From assembly GCF_964213995.1 (NCBI RefSeq), contig NW_027590591.1, positions 186,001-246,137 on the forward strand: a DNA stretch of 60,137 nucleotides, read 5' to 3'. Made by a program: the position numbers and the translations under genes. The notes below the pieces were generated by a model. The model saw only the letters and a program-made list of their open reading frames with translations. It did no database searches and had not been told where the DNA came from. Positions 35,935 to 46,922 of this stretch are shown here, piece after piece; positions within the stretch are counted from its first letter, which is position 1, and each line of letters begins with the position of its first letter. Source of the stretch: Mustelus asterias (lineage: Eukaryota).

Positions 35935-37040
35935 GTAGCACATAATGAGGCCCTTTGGCCCATCGTGCCTGTGCCGGCTGTCAAACACCTATCTGATCTA
36001 ATCCCATTTCCCTCGCCTTGTAATGTTACGGTGTTTCAGGTACTTACCTCAATGCTTCTTAAAGTGTGTGAGGGTTCTCGCCTCTCCCACCCTTTCAGGC
36101 ACAGAGTTCCAGATTCCCACCACCCTCTGCGGGAGAAAGCTTTTCCTCAAATGCCCTTTCAATCTCCTGTCCCTTCCCTTAAATCTGTGCCCCCTGGTTA
36201 CTGCCCCCGCACCCCACTTGGGGAAACGTTTCTTCCTATCCACCCTGTTTATGTCCCTCATAATCTTGTATACCTTGATCAGGTTCCCCCTCCTCAGCCT
36301 TTCTGTTCTAAGGAAAACATCCCCAGCCTAACCAGCCTCTCTGTATAGCTGAAACACTCCAGCCCAGGCAACAGTGGTGGCACAGTGGTTAGCACTGCTG
36401 CCTCACAGCGCCAGGGACCCGGGTTTGATTCCGGCCTCAGGTCACAGTCTATGTGGAGTCTGCATGTTCTCCCCGTGTCTGCGTGGGTTTCCTCCGGGTG
36501 CTCCGGTTTCCTCCCACAGTCTGAAAGATGTGCAGGTTAGGTTGATTGGCCATGATAAATTGTCCCTTAGTGTCCAAAGATGTGCAGGGTAGGGGGATTG
36601 GCCATGCTAAATTGTCCCTTAGTGTCCAAAGATGTGCAGGTTAGGGGGATTGGCCATGCTAAATTGCCCCTTAGTGTCCAAAGATGTGCAGGTTAGGGGG
36701 ATTGGCCATGCTAAATTGTCCCTTAGTGTCCAAAGATGTGCCGTTTAGGTGGATTGGCCATGCTAAATTGCCCTTAGTATCGGGGGATTAGTAGGGTAAA
36801 AACGTGGGGTTACGGGGATTGGGCCTGGGCGGGATTGTTGTCGGTGCAGTCTCAATGGGCCGAATGGCTTCCTTCTGTTTGATTCCATTTGATGTTCTGT
36901 GAACATCCTGGTGAATCTCCTCTGCACTCCCTCCAGTGCAATCACATCCTTCCTGTCATGTGGCGACCAGAACTGCGCACAGTGCTCTCGCTGTGGCCTC
37001 ACCAGTGTTTTATACAGTTCCACCATAACCTCTCTGCACT
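35935..37040 (-). mobile_element. Degenerate CR1 3' fragment split by an HE1 SINE (36373-36898, +) carrying an internal ~52-bp tandem expansion
   Basis: The CR1 reads through ...CCAGGCAAC / AACATCCTGGTGAATC... Confidence 0.8.
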
Positions 37041-37080
37041 TATATCTTCACTTATGACTGTCTCCCGCTGTCCTCTTTCT

Positions 37081-37111
<31 letters not shown>

Positions 37112-37229
37112 CCTCAAGACGCTCTTTAAAACCAATCTCTTTGAGCAAGCTTTGATTCGCCAATCCCTTCTAATATGAGTACTTCCTGGAGAGTTAATGA
37201 CCAATCCTCAGGGAACTCGTATTCAGGTT

Positions 37230-37870
37230 TGGCGATGGCCCAGTGGGATTACCGCTCGGCTAATAATCCAAAAACTCAGCTAATGTTCTGGGGACCCGGA
37301 TTTGAATCCCGTCACGGCAGATGGTGAAAAAAATCTGGAATTAAGAATCTACTGATGACCATGAAACCATTGTTGATTGTGGGAAAAATCCATCTGGGTC
37401 ACTAATGTCCTTTAGGGAAGGAAATCTGCCGTCCTTACCCAGTCTGGCATGTCCGCTACGACTCTCACCAACTTTTACAGATGCACCATAGAAAGTATCC
37501 TTTCTGGATGTATCACAGCTTGGTCTGGCTCCTGACTCCGTCTACATTTTCCACTGCCTTGGGAAAAGCAGCCACGCACCCCGGACATTCTCTCTTCCAC
37601 CTTCTTCCGTCGGGGAAAAGATACAAAAGTCTGAGGTCACGCACCAACCGACTCAAGAACAGCTTCTTCCCTGCTGCTGTCAGACTTTTGAATGGACCGA
37701 CCTCGCATTAAGTTGATCTTTCTCTACACCCCTAGCTGTGACTGTAACACTACATTCTGCACCCTCTCCTTTCCTTCTCTATGAACGGTATGCTTTGTCT
37801 GTATAGCACGCAAGAAACAACACTTTTCGCTGTATCCCAATACACGCGACAATAATAAATCAGATCAAAT
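37230..37870 (+). mobile_element. SacSINE1-like SINE fragment followed by a Rex1/Babar-like 3' end
   Basis: Homologous to 2562-2800 and 8195-8620. Confidence 0.75.
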
Positions 37871-38304
37871 CCCTCCTTCAAAAGTTTATTTGTGGTTTGG
37901 TGGATTGACTCGAACCGGCACCAGACTGTGGTGACGAGGGGAATTTCACAGTAACTTCATTGCAGTGTTAATGTAAGCCTTACTTATGACTAATAAATAA
38001 ACTTTTAACTTTTTAGTCGCAAGTAGGCCGACATTAACACGGCAATGAAGTTACTGTGAAAATCCCCTGGTCGCCACACTCCGGCACCTGTTTGGGTAAC
38101 ACTGAGGGAGAATTTAGCACGGCCAATGCACCCTAACCTTAAGTAAGAAGACCAGAACCTGTGCTCAACCTGGGAGCGGAAGGTGGGAGTGGCTGGTGGG
38201 AGGTACAATGTGATCAGTAGCGAATGTGATCAGTGGCTCGTGCTATCAGATAAACCTGTTGGACTTTAACCTGGTGTGAGACTCCTTACTGTGATCAGTA
38301 GCGA

Positions 38305-38493
38305 AGTAAGAAGTCTCACAACACCAGCTTAAAGTCCAACAGGTTTATTTGGTAGCAAACGCCACTAGCTTTCAGAGCGCTGCTCCTTTGTCAGGTGAGT
38401 CACCTGACGAAGGAGCAGCACTCCGAAAGCTAGTGGCTTTTGTTATCAAATAAACCTGTTGGAATTTAAGCTGGTGTTGTGAGACTTCTTACT
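38305..38493. repeat. ~190-bp palindrome of two inverted PLE termini, each with a hammerhead motif
   Basis: The arms are reverse complements around AGGTGAGTCACCT. Confidence 0.85.
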
Positions 38494-38567
38494 GTGTTCA
38501 CCCCAGCCCAATCTCCACATCATCAGTACTGAAGGCAGAGCCTGCTGGGATGGGACTTTCTATCCTC

Positions 38568-38586
38568 TGCTACCACCTAGTGGACA
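38568..38586 (-). promoter_or_regulatory. CTCF-like motif
   Basis: Minus strand TCCACTAGGTGGTAGC, one mismatch to the CTCF core. Confidence 0.35.
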
Positions 38587-38763
38587 ATGGTGTGATTGTG
38601 GTGTCTGACAGTCAAACTTGAAGCTCTCGACCCTTTCTACTTCATCCCCATTGATGTAGACAGGAGCATGTTCTCTTTTACGCTTCCTGAAGTCAATGAC
38701 AATGATATACTTGCAGTGGAGGCAGTTGTAAGGTGTTGGGCCTCGTTAGAGTGACTGTCTTGA

Positions 38764-39275
38764 GTCAGGAGTGTGATGGAATACTCCCCACTTGCCTGGA
38801 TGGGTGCAGCTCCAACAACACAAGAAGCTCAACACCATCCAGGACAAAGCAGCCCCGCTTGATTGGCACCACATCTACAAACATTCAATCCCTCCACCAC
38901 TGACGCTCAGTAGCAGCAGTGTGTACTATCTACAAGATGCACTGCAGCAATTCACCAAAGATCCTTAGGCAGCACCTTCCGAACCCACGGCCACTTCCAT
39001 CTAGAAGGACAAGGGTAGCAGATACATGGGGACACCACCACCTGCAAGTTCCCCTCCAAGCCACTCACCATCCTGACTTGGAAATATATCGCCATTCCTT
39101 CACAGTCGCTGGGTCAAAATCCGGGAATTCCCTCCCTCACGGCATTGTGGGTCAACCCACAGCACATGGACTGCAGCGATTCAAGAAGGCAGCTCACCAT
39201 CACCTTCTCAAGGACAACTCGGGATGGATAATAAATGCTGGCCAGCCAGCAACGCCCATGTCCCACAAATGAAGA
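38764..39275 (+). mobile_element. CR1/L2-group LINE 3' end
   Basis: CTIYKMHCSNSP segment; tail ATAAATGCTGGCC. Confidence 0.72.
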
Positions 39276-39533
39276 AAAGGATTCGCAGGCAATTTAACAG
39301 TAAATACTTATTTATATTTATTTTAAATATTTATTTGCCAGTGGCCCTCTACACATAGATACAGCAGAGATCCAAGTGAGGAACTGTGTCCATGCTTGCT
39401 TCTACACACTTCTCTGTCCAACATTTCACTGACCCCATTGCGAGTGAGAATGGAAATGTTTGAGCCTTCCCGGCAAAACTCCACTCAAAGGGACTGGAAA
39501 ATCGCAGCCCAGGAGCGAAGATGGAAGACAATT

Positions 39534-39788
39534 GGTGGAAAATTCCAGCCTCGGTCACCCCGGAACCGGAAAATCCCACCCCAGGTCCACGTGCCTTTCC
39601 GTGACCTGCCCCTCGCCCGCTCCGATTCCAGCGGTGGGCAGAATGGGAACATTTGCCCCAATGGGTGCGGTTTTCCAGTCCCGCCCACCACGGGAATTGG
39701 AGCGGGCGAGGGGCGGACCATGGGAAAGTCCGTTGACCTTGGGCGGGGTTTTCTGGTTTCGGGGTGAGCGAGGTTGAAAGATCCTGCC
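39534..39788. mobile_element. Inverted pair of ~125-bp MITE-like units (hairpin)
   Basis: 39534-39659 matches the reverse complement of 39663-39788; spacer AAT. Confidence 0.7.
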
Positions 39789-40089
39789 TGAAATGTCTAA
39801 CACTGGGGGGGCACTGAAGGTGAGAGGGGGATCGTTCAGGGGAGATGTGAGGGGTAAGGTTTTTACACCGAGGGTGGCAGGTATCTAGAACGCGCTGCCA
39901 GGGGTGATGGTGGAGGCAGATACGATAGGGGTGTTTAAGGGGCTTTTAGATAAGCATAGGAATATCCTCTTCTACATCCTTTCCAAAGCCTCTGCATCCT
40001 TCCTGTAATGGGGAATATGGACCAAGGACAGGAAGAAGGGATTTGTTTAATTTCGTGTCAGGTTCAGCACTACATCATGGGCTAAACGC

Positions 40090-40710
40090 AGCATTTTTAG
40101 CCCATACTGCCCCTTGAGAAGGTGGTGTGGTGAACCTGCTGAATTTCCATGTGGTGTAGGCACACCCACAGTGCTGTTAGGGAGGGAGTTCCAGGATTTT
40201 GACCCAGCGACAGTGAAGGAACGGCCGATGTATTTCTAACTGGCACGGTGACACAGTGGTCCAAAGATGTGCGGGTTAGGGCTATGCTAAATTACCCCAG
40301 GGGACGAGCTAGGGTAAATCCATGAGGTTACGGGGATAGGGCCTGGGTGGGATTGTTGTCAGTGTAGACTCGATGGGCTGAATGGCCTCCTTCTGCACTG
40401 TAGGGACTCTACGATACAATGATTCTAAGTCGGGATGGTGAGTGGCTCGGAGGGGAACCTCCAGGTGGGGGTGTTCCCAGGTATCTGCTGCCCTTGTCCT
40501 TCTAGATGGTGGAGGTGGTGAGTTTGGAAGGTGCTGCCTAAGGAGCCTTGGGGAGTCGCTGCCGTGCATCTTGTAGACGGTACACACGGCTGTCACTGTG
40601 CGTCGGTGGTGGAGGGAGTGAATGTTTGTGGTTAGCGTGTCGATCGAGCGGGGCTGATTTGTCCTGGATGGTGTTGAGCTTCTCGAGTGTTTTGGGAGCC
40701 GCACTCATTC
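40090..40710 (-). mobile_element. CR1/L2-group LINE 3' end with inserted deleted HE1 (~40241-40415)
   Basis: Homologous to 20170-20640. Confidence 0.7.
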
Positions 40711-41235
40711 AGGGAAGTGGGAGAGCAGAGAATGGAGCAAAAAGGTGACATCTTATAGAAAGGAAAGCAGTATTCTGAGTGACAGGGATCCCCGTGGGGG
40801 AACGTGGCTAACAGAGGGGTCAACTCAGGAGAAATTGTGTTGTGGATATCACAGAGCAGGCAGAGTGGATCCGAGAGGATATGGTGAGACAAACTCAAAT
40901 AGCGTGGAAATCTCCTGGTCGGACGAAACATTGCAGCCGTTATTTTATACCCAGGGTGCAATATCATTCAGAAAGGGGCGACGTTCTTCCAGGAGGTGTT
41001 TTTCTCATCTGGTAACAGAGTTTGTTATTAAATAAACAGGGTAAGCCAGCGGAATCTCCCAATCAGCTCCTGCGTCTCTGAACCGATTGACGGGACTAAA
41101 TTCCCATTCCTGGTTCCAGGGAGCGCGAGGCGAGTGGAGTCAGATTCATCCGAGGTCTCGGGGTCTTCAGATGTCCCGGGCGGGCGAGGGGCAGGAGGTG
41201 GTGGGAGGGTGCCCGGGGCCTTCTGGTTTTGACGG

Positions 41236-41315
41236 TCAGTCTTGAGCGGGTGCGGGGCTGGAAGTCCGTTCATTTTCCACGAACAGCTGTTCCGCCTCCC
41301 CTTGCGTCCACACTC
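41236..41315 (-). CDS. Candidate terminal cytoplasmic exon of the MHC gene (coding part)
   Basis: Acceptor ctgactgcattttgcttcccAG at the start of a unique GC-rich island. Direct splicing from the TM exon gives (G)VWTQGEAEQLFVENERTSSPAPAQD* (stop 41236-41238); via the 40-bp exon it gives SVDARGGGTAVRGK* (stop 41270-41272). Confidence 0.55.
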
Positions 41316-41380
41316 CTGGGAAGCAAAATGCAGTCAGGTTATATTGACAGCTAACAATATGGACGGCAGCATTCACATCC

Positions 41381-41655
41381 CGGTGGCACAGTGGTTAGCA
41401 CTGCTGCCTCACAGCGCCAGGGACCCAGGTTCGATTCCCGGCTTGGGTCACTGTCTGTCCTCCCCGTGTCTGCATGGGTTTCCTCTGGTTTCCTCCCACA
41501 GTCCGAAAGACGTGGTTAGGGTGCATTGGCCGTGCTAAATTCTCCCTCAGTGTACCCGAACAGGCACCGGAGTGTGGCGACTAGGGGATTTTCACAGTAA
41601 CTTCATCGCAGTGTTAATGTAAGCCTACTTGTGACAATAAATAAATAAACTTTAA
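41381..41655 (+). mobile_element. HE1-like SINE with alternative tail
   Basis: Same structure as 13972-14253. Confidence 0.75.
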
Positions 41656-41665
41656 ACTGAATAAT

Positions 41666-42200
41666 AGGATGACAGTAAGATTGGGTGGTTAACAGTGAGG
41701 CGGAGTGTCTTAGGCTACAAGAATTTATAGATGGAAAGGTCAAATGGGCGGATAAGCGGCGGATGGAATTTAACCCTGAAAAGTGTGCGGTGATCCACTT
41801 TGGAAGGAGTAATTTTACAAGGAAGAACTCAATGAATGGTAGGACACTGGGAAGTTCTGTGGAGCAAAGGGACCTTGGTGTGTTTGTCCACAGATCTCTG
41901 AAAGTGGAAGGGTGTGTTAGTAGGGTGGTGAAAAAGGCACATGGGACACTCGCCTTTATCAATCGAGGCACAGATTACAAAAGTAGGGAAGTCATGTTGG
42001 AGTTGTATCGAACTTTGGTGAGGTCACAGCTGGAGCACTGTGTGCAGTTCTGGTCACCACATTATCGGAAGGATGTGATTGGACTGGAGGGGGTGCAGAG
42101 GAGATTCACCAGGATGCTGCCTGGGACGGAGCGTTTCAGTTATGAGGAGAGGTTGGAAAGGCTTGGGTTGTTTTCATTGGAGCAGACTGAGGGGCGACCT
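41666..42200 (+). mobile_element. CR1 RT fragment
   Basis: ORF 41685-42278. Confidence 0.88.
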
Positions 42201-42696
42201 AGCCTCAGCCAATTAGAGTCAACCTGCCAACACCCTTGTTTATTCTGTGTTGCCAATGCCACCCCCTCTCCCATCTAGAAGGACAAAGGCAGCAGGTACC
42301 TGGGAACACCCCCACCTGGAGATTCCTCTCTGAGTCACTCACCATCCCAACTGGGAAATATATCGGCCGTTCCTTCACTGTGGCTGGGGTCAATATCCTG
42401 GAACTCCCTCCCGAGCAGAGCTGTGGCTGTACCTACACCTCCCAGACTGCACTGGGTCCAAGATGGCGGCTCACCCACCACCTTGGGAAATCCCCTAGTA
42501 GCCACACTCCGGTGCCTGTTCGGGTACACTGAGGGAGAATTTAGCACGGCCAATGCACCCTAACCATGTCTTTCGGACTTTATTATCTGCTACCAAATTT
42601 ATTATTTGCTACCAAATTTATCAATTTTATCAAATTTATTATTTGCTACCAAATAAACCTGTTGGACTTTAACCTGGTATTGTGAGACTTCTTACT

Positions 42697-43325
42697 TTGA
42701 TAAAGTAAACATGGACCAAATGTTTTCTGTTTCAGAGAATATCATAGAATCCCTACAGTGCAGAAGGAGGCCATTCAGCCCATCGGGTCTGAACCGAACA
42801 CAATCCCACCCAGGCCCTATCCCCATAACCCCTCATATTTATCCTGCAAGTCCCCCTCACACTAAGGAGCAATTTAGCATGGCCAATCAACCTAACCCGC
42901 ATATCTTTGGACTGTGGGAAGATACCGGAGCACCCGGAGGAAACCCACGCAGACACGGGGAGAATGTGCAGACTCCACACAGACAGTGACATTGACAGTG
43001 ACTGTTGTGGGACAATCTAGAACAGGAGGTCACAGGCGTAGGTTGCGAGGCGGTGGATTTAAAACTGAGATGAGGAGGAACTACTTCTCGCAGAGGGTGG
43101 TGAATTTGTGGAACTCGCTGCCCCATCGCGCGGTGGATTCTGAATCATTGAATGGTTTCAGGAAGGAGATGGATATATTTCTAATAAAAAAGGGATTCGG
43201 GGATGTGGGGAACAGGTGGGGAGGTGGGTTTGAGACCAGGGAGAGATCAGCTGTGATCTGATTGAATAGTGGAGCAGGCTCGAAGGGCTGAATTTGCCCA
43301 ATTCTGCTCCTAAATCCTATGTTCC
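42697..43325 (+). mobile_element. CR1 3' end with inserted HE1 SINE (42740-42990, -)
   Basis: RRNYFSQRVVNLWNSLP motif. Confidence 0.82.
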
Positions 43326-44011
43326 ACCTTCTCAAGGGGCAGTTAAGGATGGGCAATAAATGCTGAGTCTAGTCAGCCACGCCCACATCCTGTAAATGAA
43401 GAAAGGAAGAAAGAAATTGTCATGATGGGTTTGAAATTTGGCGCTCTGGCGTTGGGGCTGATTTCCCAACTCTTGTACTCAATGGAAGAGAGTTCCAAAC
43501 TCCCACCACCCTGTCCGAATGCGACCTAACCAAGGTTAGGGAAGGAAATCTGCTGTCTTTACCCAGTCTGACCTACATGTGACTCTAGACCCCACACAGC
43601 AATGCGGTCAACTCCTAACTGCCGCCCCTGGAATGTCTCCAGCGCGACACTTGGGTCAGTGGGAAATTAGGGATGGGGACAAGTGCTGCCCCTCCCCATG
43701 GTTCCCACATCCCATGTGCAGATAAAGGGACAATGCTGTGTGGCTATGTGTGGTTGTTTGAGGCTGATCTGTCACTATGTTACCTGAGTCTGCTGCAGAG
43801 GAATCGGGATTGACGCATCTCTGGTTTGGCACAGCTTCAGAGCCACAGGCAGGGAACCCTGGGAAAGCAAGAACCAACGCACACTCTGAATACACGGCCG
43901 ACATTCCCCACCCCCCAACCTCTCAGAGATCTGTGAAGCCCATTCTCCAGTGAAACGCAGTGTGGAACCTGGTTGTCTTTAACGGGAGAAAGATGGAAGG
44001 AACAGCCAAAC

Positions 44012-44051
44012 CCTTGAGCCAAGTGCTCCTGTTTGCACCGACCGTCCTCGG
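44012..44051 (-). CDS. Candidate short cytoplasmic exon of the MHC gene
   Basis: Acceptor tgttttggcctgtgtatgtgcAG, weak donor GTTTGG, 40 bp, phase 1-2. Encodes (A)EDGRCKQEHLAQ(G). Lies in a unique island. Confidence 0.35.
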
Positions 44052-44146
44052 CTGCACATACACAGGCCAAAACACAAACCCCTCTGCCTCTCACAGAGGC
44101 AACATTAGATAATGGAATGTAGACATGGCTGGCAAGGCCAGCACTT

Positions 44147-44163
44147 ATTGCCCTCTAGTGGCA
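44147..44163 (-). promoter_or_regulatory. CTCF-like motif
   Basis: Minus strand GCCACTAGAGGGCAA matches the CTCF core CCACYAGRKGGC. Confidence 0.4.
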
Positions 44164-44254
44164 CGTGTTTGTATGGTAGCCTCAAACAGACAGAATGCAT
44201 GTTGCATTTTTCACTACACTACAGTTATATCCCTCAGACAGTCAGAAAACACAT

Positions 44255-44668
44255 AACAACATAGGAATTACAAACAGAAATCGGTAATTCAGCCCTTCGA
44301 GCCGGCTCCGCCATTCAATCAGATCATGGCTGATCTCTCCCTGGTCTCAAACCCACCTCCCCACCTCTTCCCCATATCCCCGAATCCCTTTTTTATTAGA
44401 AATATATCCATCTCCTTCTTGAAACCATTCAATGATTCAGACTCCCCCGCGCGATGGGGCAGCGAGTTCCACACATTCACCACCCTCTGCGAGAAGTAGT
44501 TCCTCCTCATCTCAGTTTTAAATCTATCGCTTCTCAACCTATACCTGTGACCTCCTGTTCCAGATTGCCCCACAAGAGGAAACATTTGGTCTCCATTGAC
44601 TTTATCAATCTCTGATAGAATTTTATATCCCTCGATCAGATCCCCCCTCATCCTTCTAAACTCCAGCG
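44255..44668 (-). mobile_element. CR1 3' end, inverted relative of 43005-43325
   Basis: ORF 44319-44756. Confidence 0.85.
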
Positions 44669-44684
44669 ACTCTGAGAATGCGGC

Positions 44685-45140
44685 CAAGGTGGCCTTCACA
44701 ACACACAACAGCGCAGAATCGCTGAGCATAAACTGATAGCCAAGTTCCACACACATGAGGACGGCCTCAGCCGGGATCTTGGGTTCATGTCACACTATCT
44801 GTAACCCCCACGACTTGCCTGGGCTTGCAAAATCTCACTAACTGTCCTGTCTGGAGACAATTCACACCTCTTTAACCTGTGTTTAACCCTCTCTCCACAC
44901 ACATTGTCTGTACCTTTAAGACCTGATTATTGTAAAGACTCGCATTCCAACCATTATTCTGTAAATTGAGTTTGTGTCTATAAGCCCTGTTTGTGAACAG
45001 AATTCCCACTCACCTGATGAAGGAGCAGCACTCCGAAAGCTAGTGGATTTTGCTACCAAATAAACCTGTTGGACTTTAACCTGGTGTTGTGAGACTTCTT
45101 ACTGTGTTTACCCCAGTCCAACGCCGGCATCTCCACATCA
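44685..45140 (+). mobile_element. PLE 3' end with hammerhead motif (45005-45046)
   Basis: Homologous to 34160-34588; CCCACTCACCTGATGAAGGAGCAGCACTCCGAAAGCTAGTGG. Confidence 0.88.
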
Positions 45141-45212
45141 TTACTAGCCCAGTGACATCACCACTGCGCCACCAGGCAAAGGATTCATTATAACATGCAT
45201 TAATACTCTTAC

Positions 45213-45317
45213 CTCTGCACCTGCCGATCCCTCCAGCCAGGGCAATGATGATTCCGGCAACCCCGATTACAATCCCAGCCACGTAGCCATGAGTTGGCCA
45301 ACTTTTCACCTTGGGAG
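45213..45317 (-). CDS. MHC-family gene (probable WB), connecting peptide + transmembrane exon
   Basis: Acceptor cttgttccccAG, donor GTAAGA, 105 bp, phase 1-1. Encodes (A)PKVKSWPTHGYVAGIVIGVAGIIIALAGGIGRCR: a Gly-rich hydrophobic span followed by basic residues. Confidence 0.88.
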
Positions 45318-46073
45318 CTGGGGAACAAGTTAGAATTAGGGTCGGAAGATGTCACAGTTCTGGGTGGGATTGAACCTGCTTTGTTTCCTCCCCTGGGGCC
45401 CCGTGCTACCTCACATCATGGGTCACAGCGAGGTCCAGAGGATGGGCAGCCATGCCTGCTCTCATGCCTGCACCCACACCCCTGGCTTCTTGCTCCTAGA
45501 AAGTGCTGGAAACCAATCAAGTGACATTTCCACTCCAGTTATCCCTGCGCATCACCACAACCCCAACAGAGAGGGGTTACACACGCAGTCCAAGGCCCCA
45601 GCGCTCCCTGGAGTTAAGAAACTATCAATGTCACGACACCACTGACTTCCCAAAGCTGACCCTGAACACCAATCCTTGCCTAAACAAAAACCCACCAATC
45701 ACAGCATCGAAATAGCCCGGAATCTCCCTTTGTAACTCAGAGGCTTGGAACCCAATCAACAGTCTTGTGAGAAAGAAGGACATTTAGTTTAAATGTGAGC
45801 ACCCTGTGAATCAGAGCCTCCACCTGTCCCCACACCCTGAGAACTAACGCATTAACAGTTACCCGCTGGTTCCAAATGAACCACCTGTTTGACCTTAAAT
45901 GTACTAAATAACAGAGGTCAATCATCCTGTTCAGGCTAAAAATGAGTGGTTAGATTTATTTACGTATAAGATTATACAGAGCAATAATCAATGCAAGGGG
46001 CTAATTGTCCTGGCCCAGTAAGGGAGCAGGCAATGTTTCTTTGTGCCTCGAATGATTGTGGGAGAGGGCTTAC

Positions 46074-46355
46074 CCCAAGTCGCTGTTAGTTTGTCGGTGC
46101 TACTGCTGTGCTCCACCTGGCAGGTGTAGATGTCTCTGCTTTGGGGAGTGATGCTGATCTGCAGGGTGGTCTGGAATGTTCCGCCTGTGTTTGGTAAAAT
46201 CCTGCTACTCAACACCTCCTGCTGGACCGTGCCACCATTGTGCAGCCAGGTTGCGTTGATGCCGCTTGGATAGAATCCGTTCACGTGACAGATAAGAAGT
46301 AAAGGGTCTTTCCCTCTGTGCAGGCGATGTGTGGTTATGTTGATGGAGGGCTTGG
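46074..46355 (-). CDS. MHC-family gene (probable WB), Ig C1-set exon (class I alpha3-like)
   Basis: Acceptor ccttccctctctgcAG, donor GTAAG, 282 bp, phase 1-1. Encodes (A)KPSINITTHRLHRGKDPLLLICHVNGFYPSGINATWLHNGGTVQQEVLSSRILPNTGGTFQTTLQISITPQSRDIYTCQVEHSSSTDKLTATW, with CxxxGFYP, W, LPNxxGTFQ and YTCQVEH motifs. Confidence 0.93.
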
Positions 46356-46604
46356 CTGCAGAGAGGGAAGGACGGACAGTTTAACCATCGCCAGATAAAG
46401 TACACACAATATACTGGGAGATCTGTCTCCCGCCGCCCCCCACAGATATTGCTTCCTCCACCATTGTCGCCCTGGATGATTGCCCCCTCTACCTGATGGC
46501 CACCACGGAATGATTGCCATCCCCACCCCCACTCCCGCATCGCTGCCCCGAGTGATCAACCCATCCCTGCAGGAGTTCCCCTTTTTACTCATTCCTGGGA
46601 CACG

Positions 46605-46922
46605 AGCGTCGCTGGCTGGACCAGCATTTAGTGCCCATCCCTAGTTGCCCCTTGGAGGGCAGTTGAGAGTCACCCACATTGCTGTGGCTCTGGAGTCACA
46701 TGTAGGCCAGACCGGGTGAGGACGGCAGATTTCCTTCCCTAAAGGGAACCAGGTGGGTTTTTCCGACAATGGGGCATCAGTAGATTCTTAATTCCAGATA
46801 TTTTTTATTGAATTCAAATTCCACCATCTGCCGTGGCGGGATTCGAACCCGGGTCCCCAGAACATTAGCTGAGTTTCTGGATTAATAGTCTAGTGATAAT
46901 CCCACTAGACCATCACCTCCCC
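46605..46922 (-). mobile_element. SacSINE1-like tRNA SINE
   Basis: Reverse complement of the 2562-2890 family. Confidence 0.75.

Noticed and set aside
41028-41273. 81-aa Pro-rich ORF as the MHC cytoplasmic tail
   Set aside because: Needs a phase-0 junction that neither upstream candidate donor provides; more likely 3'UTR.
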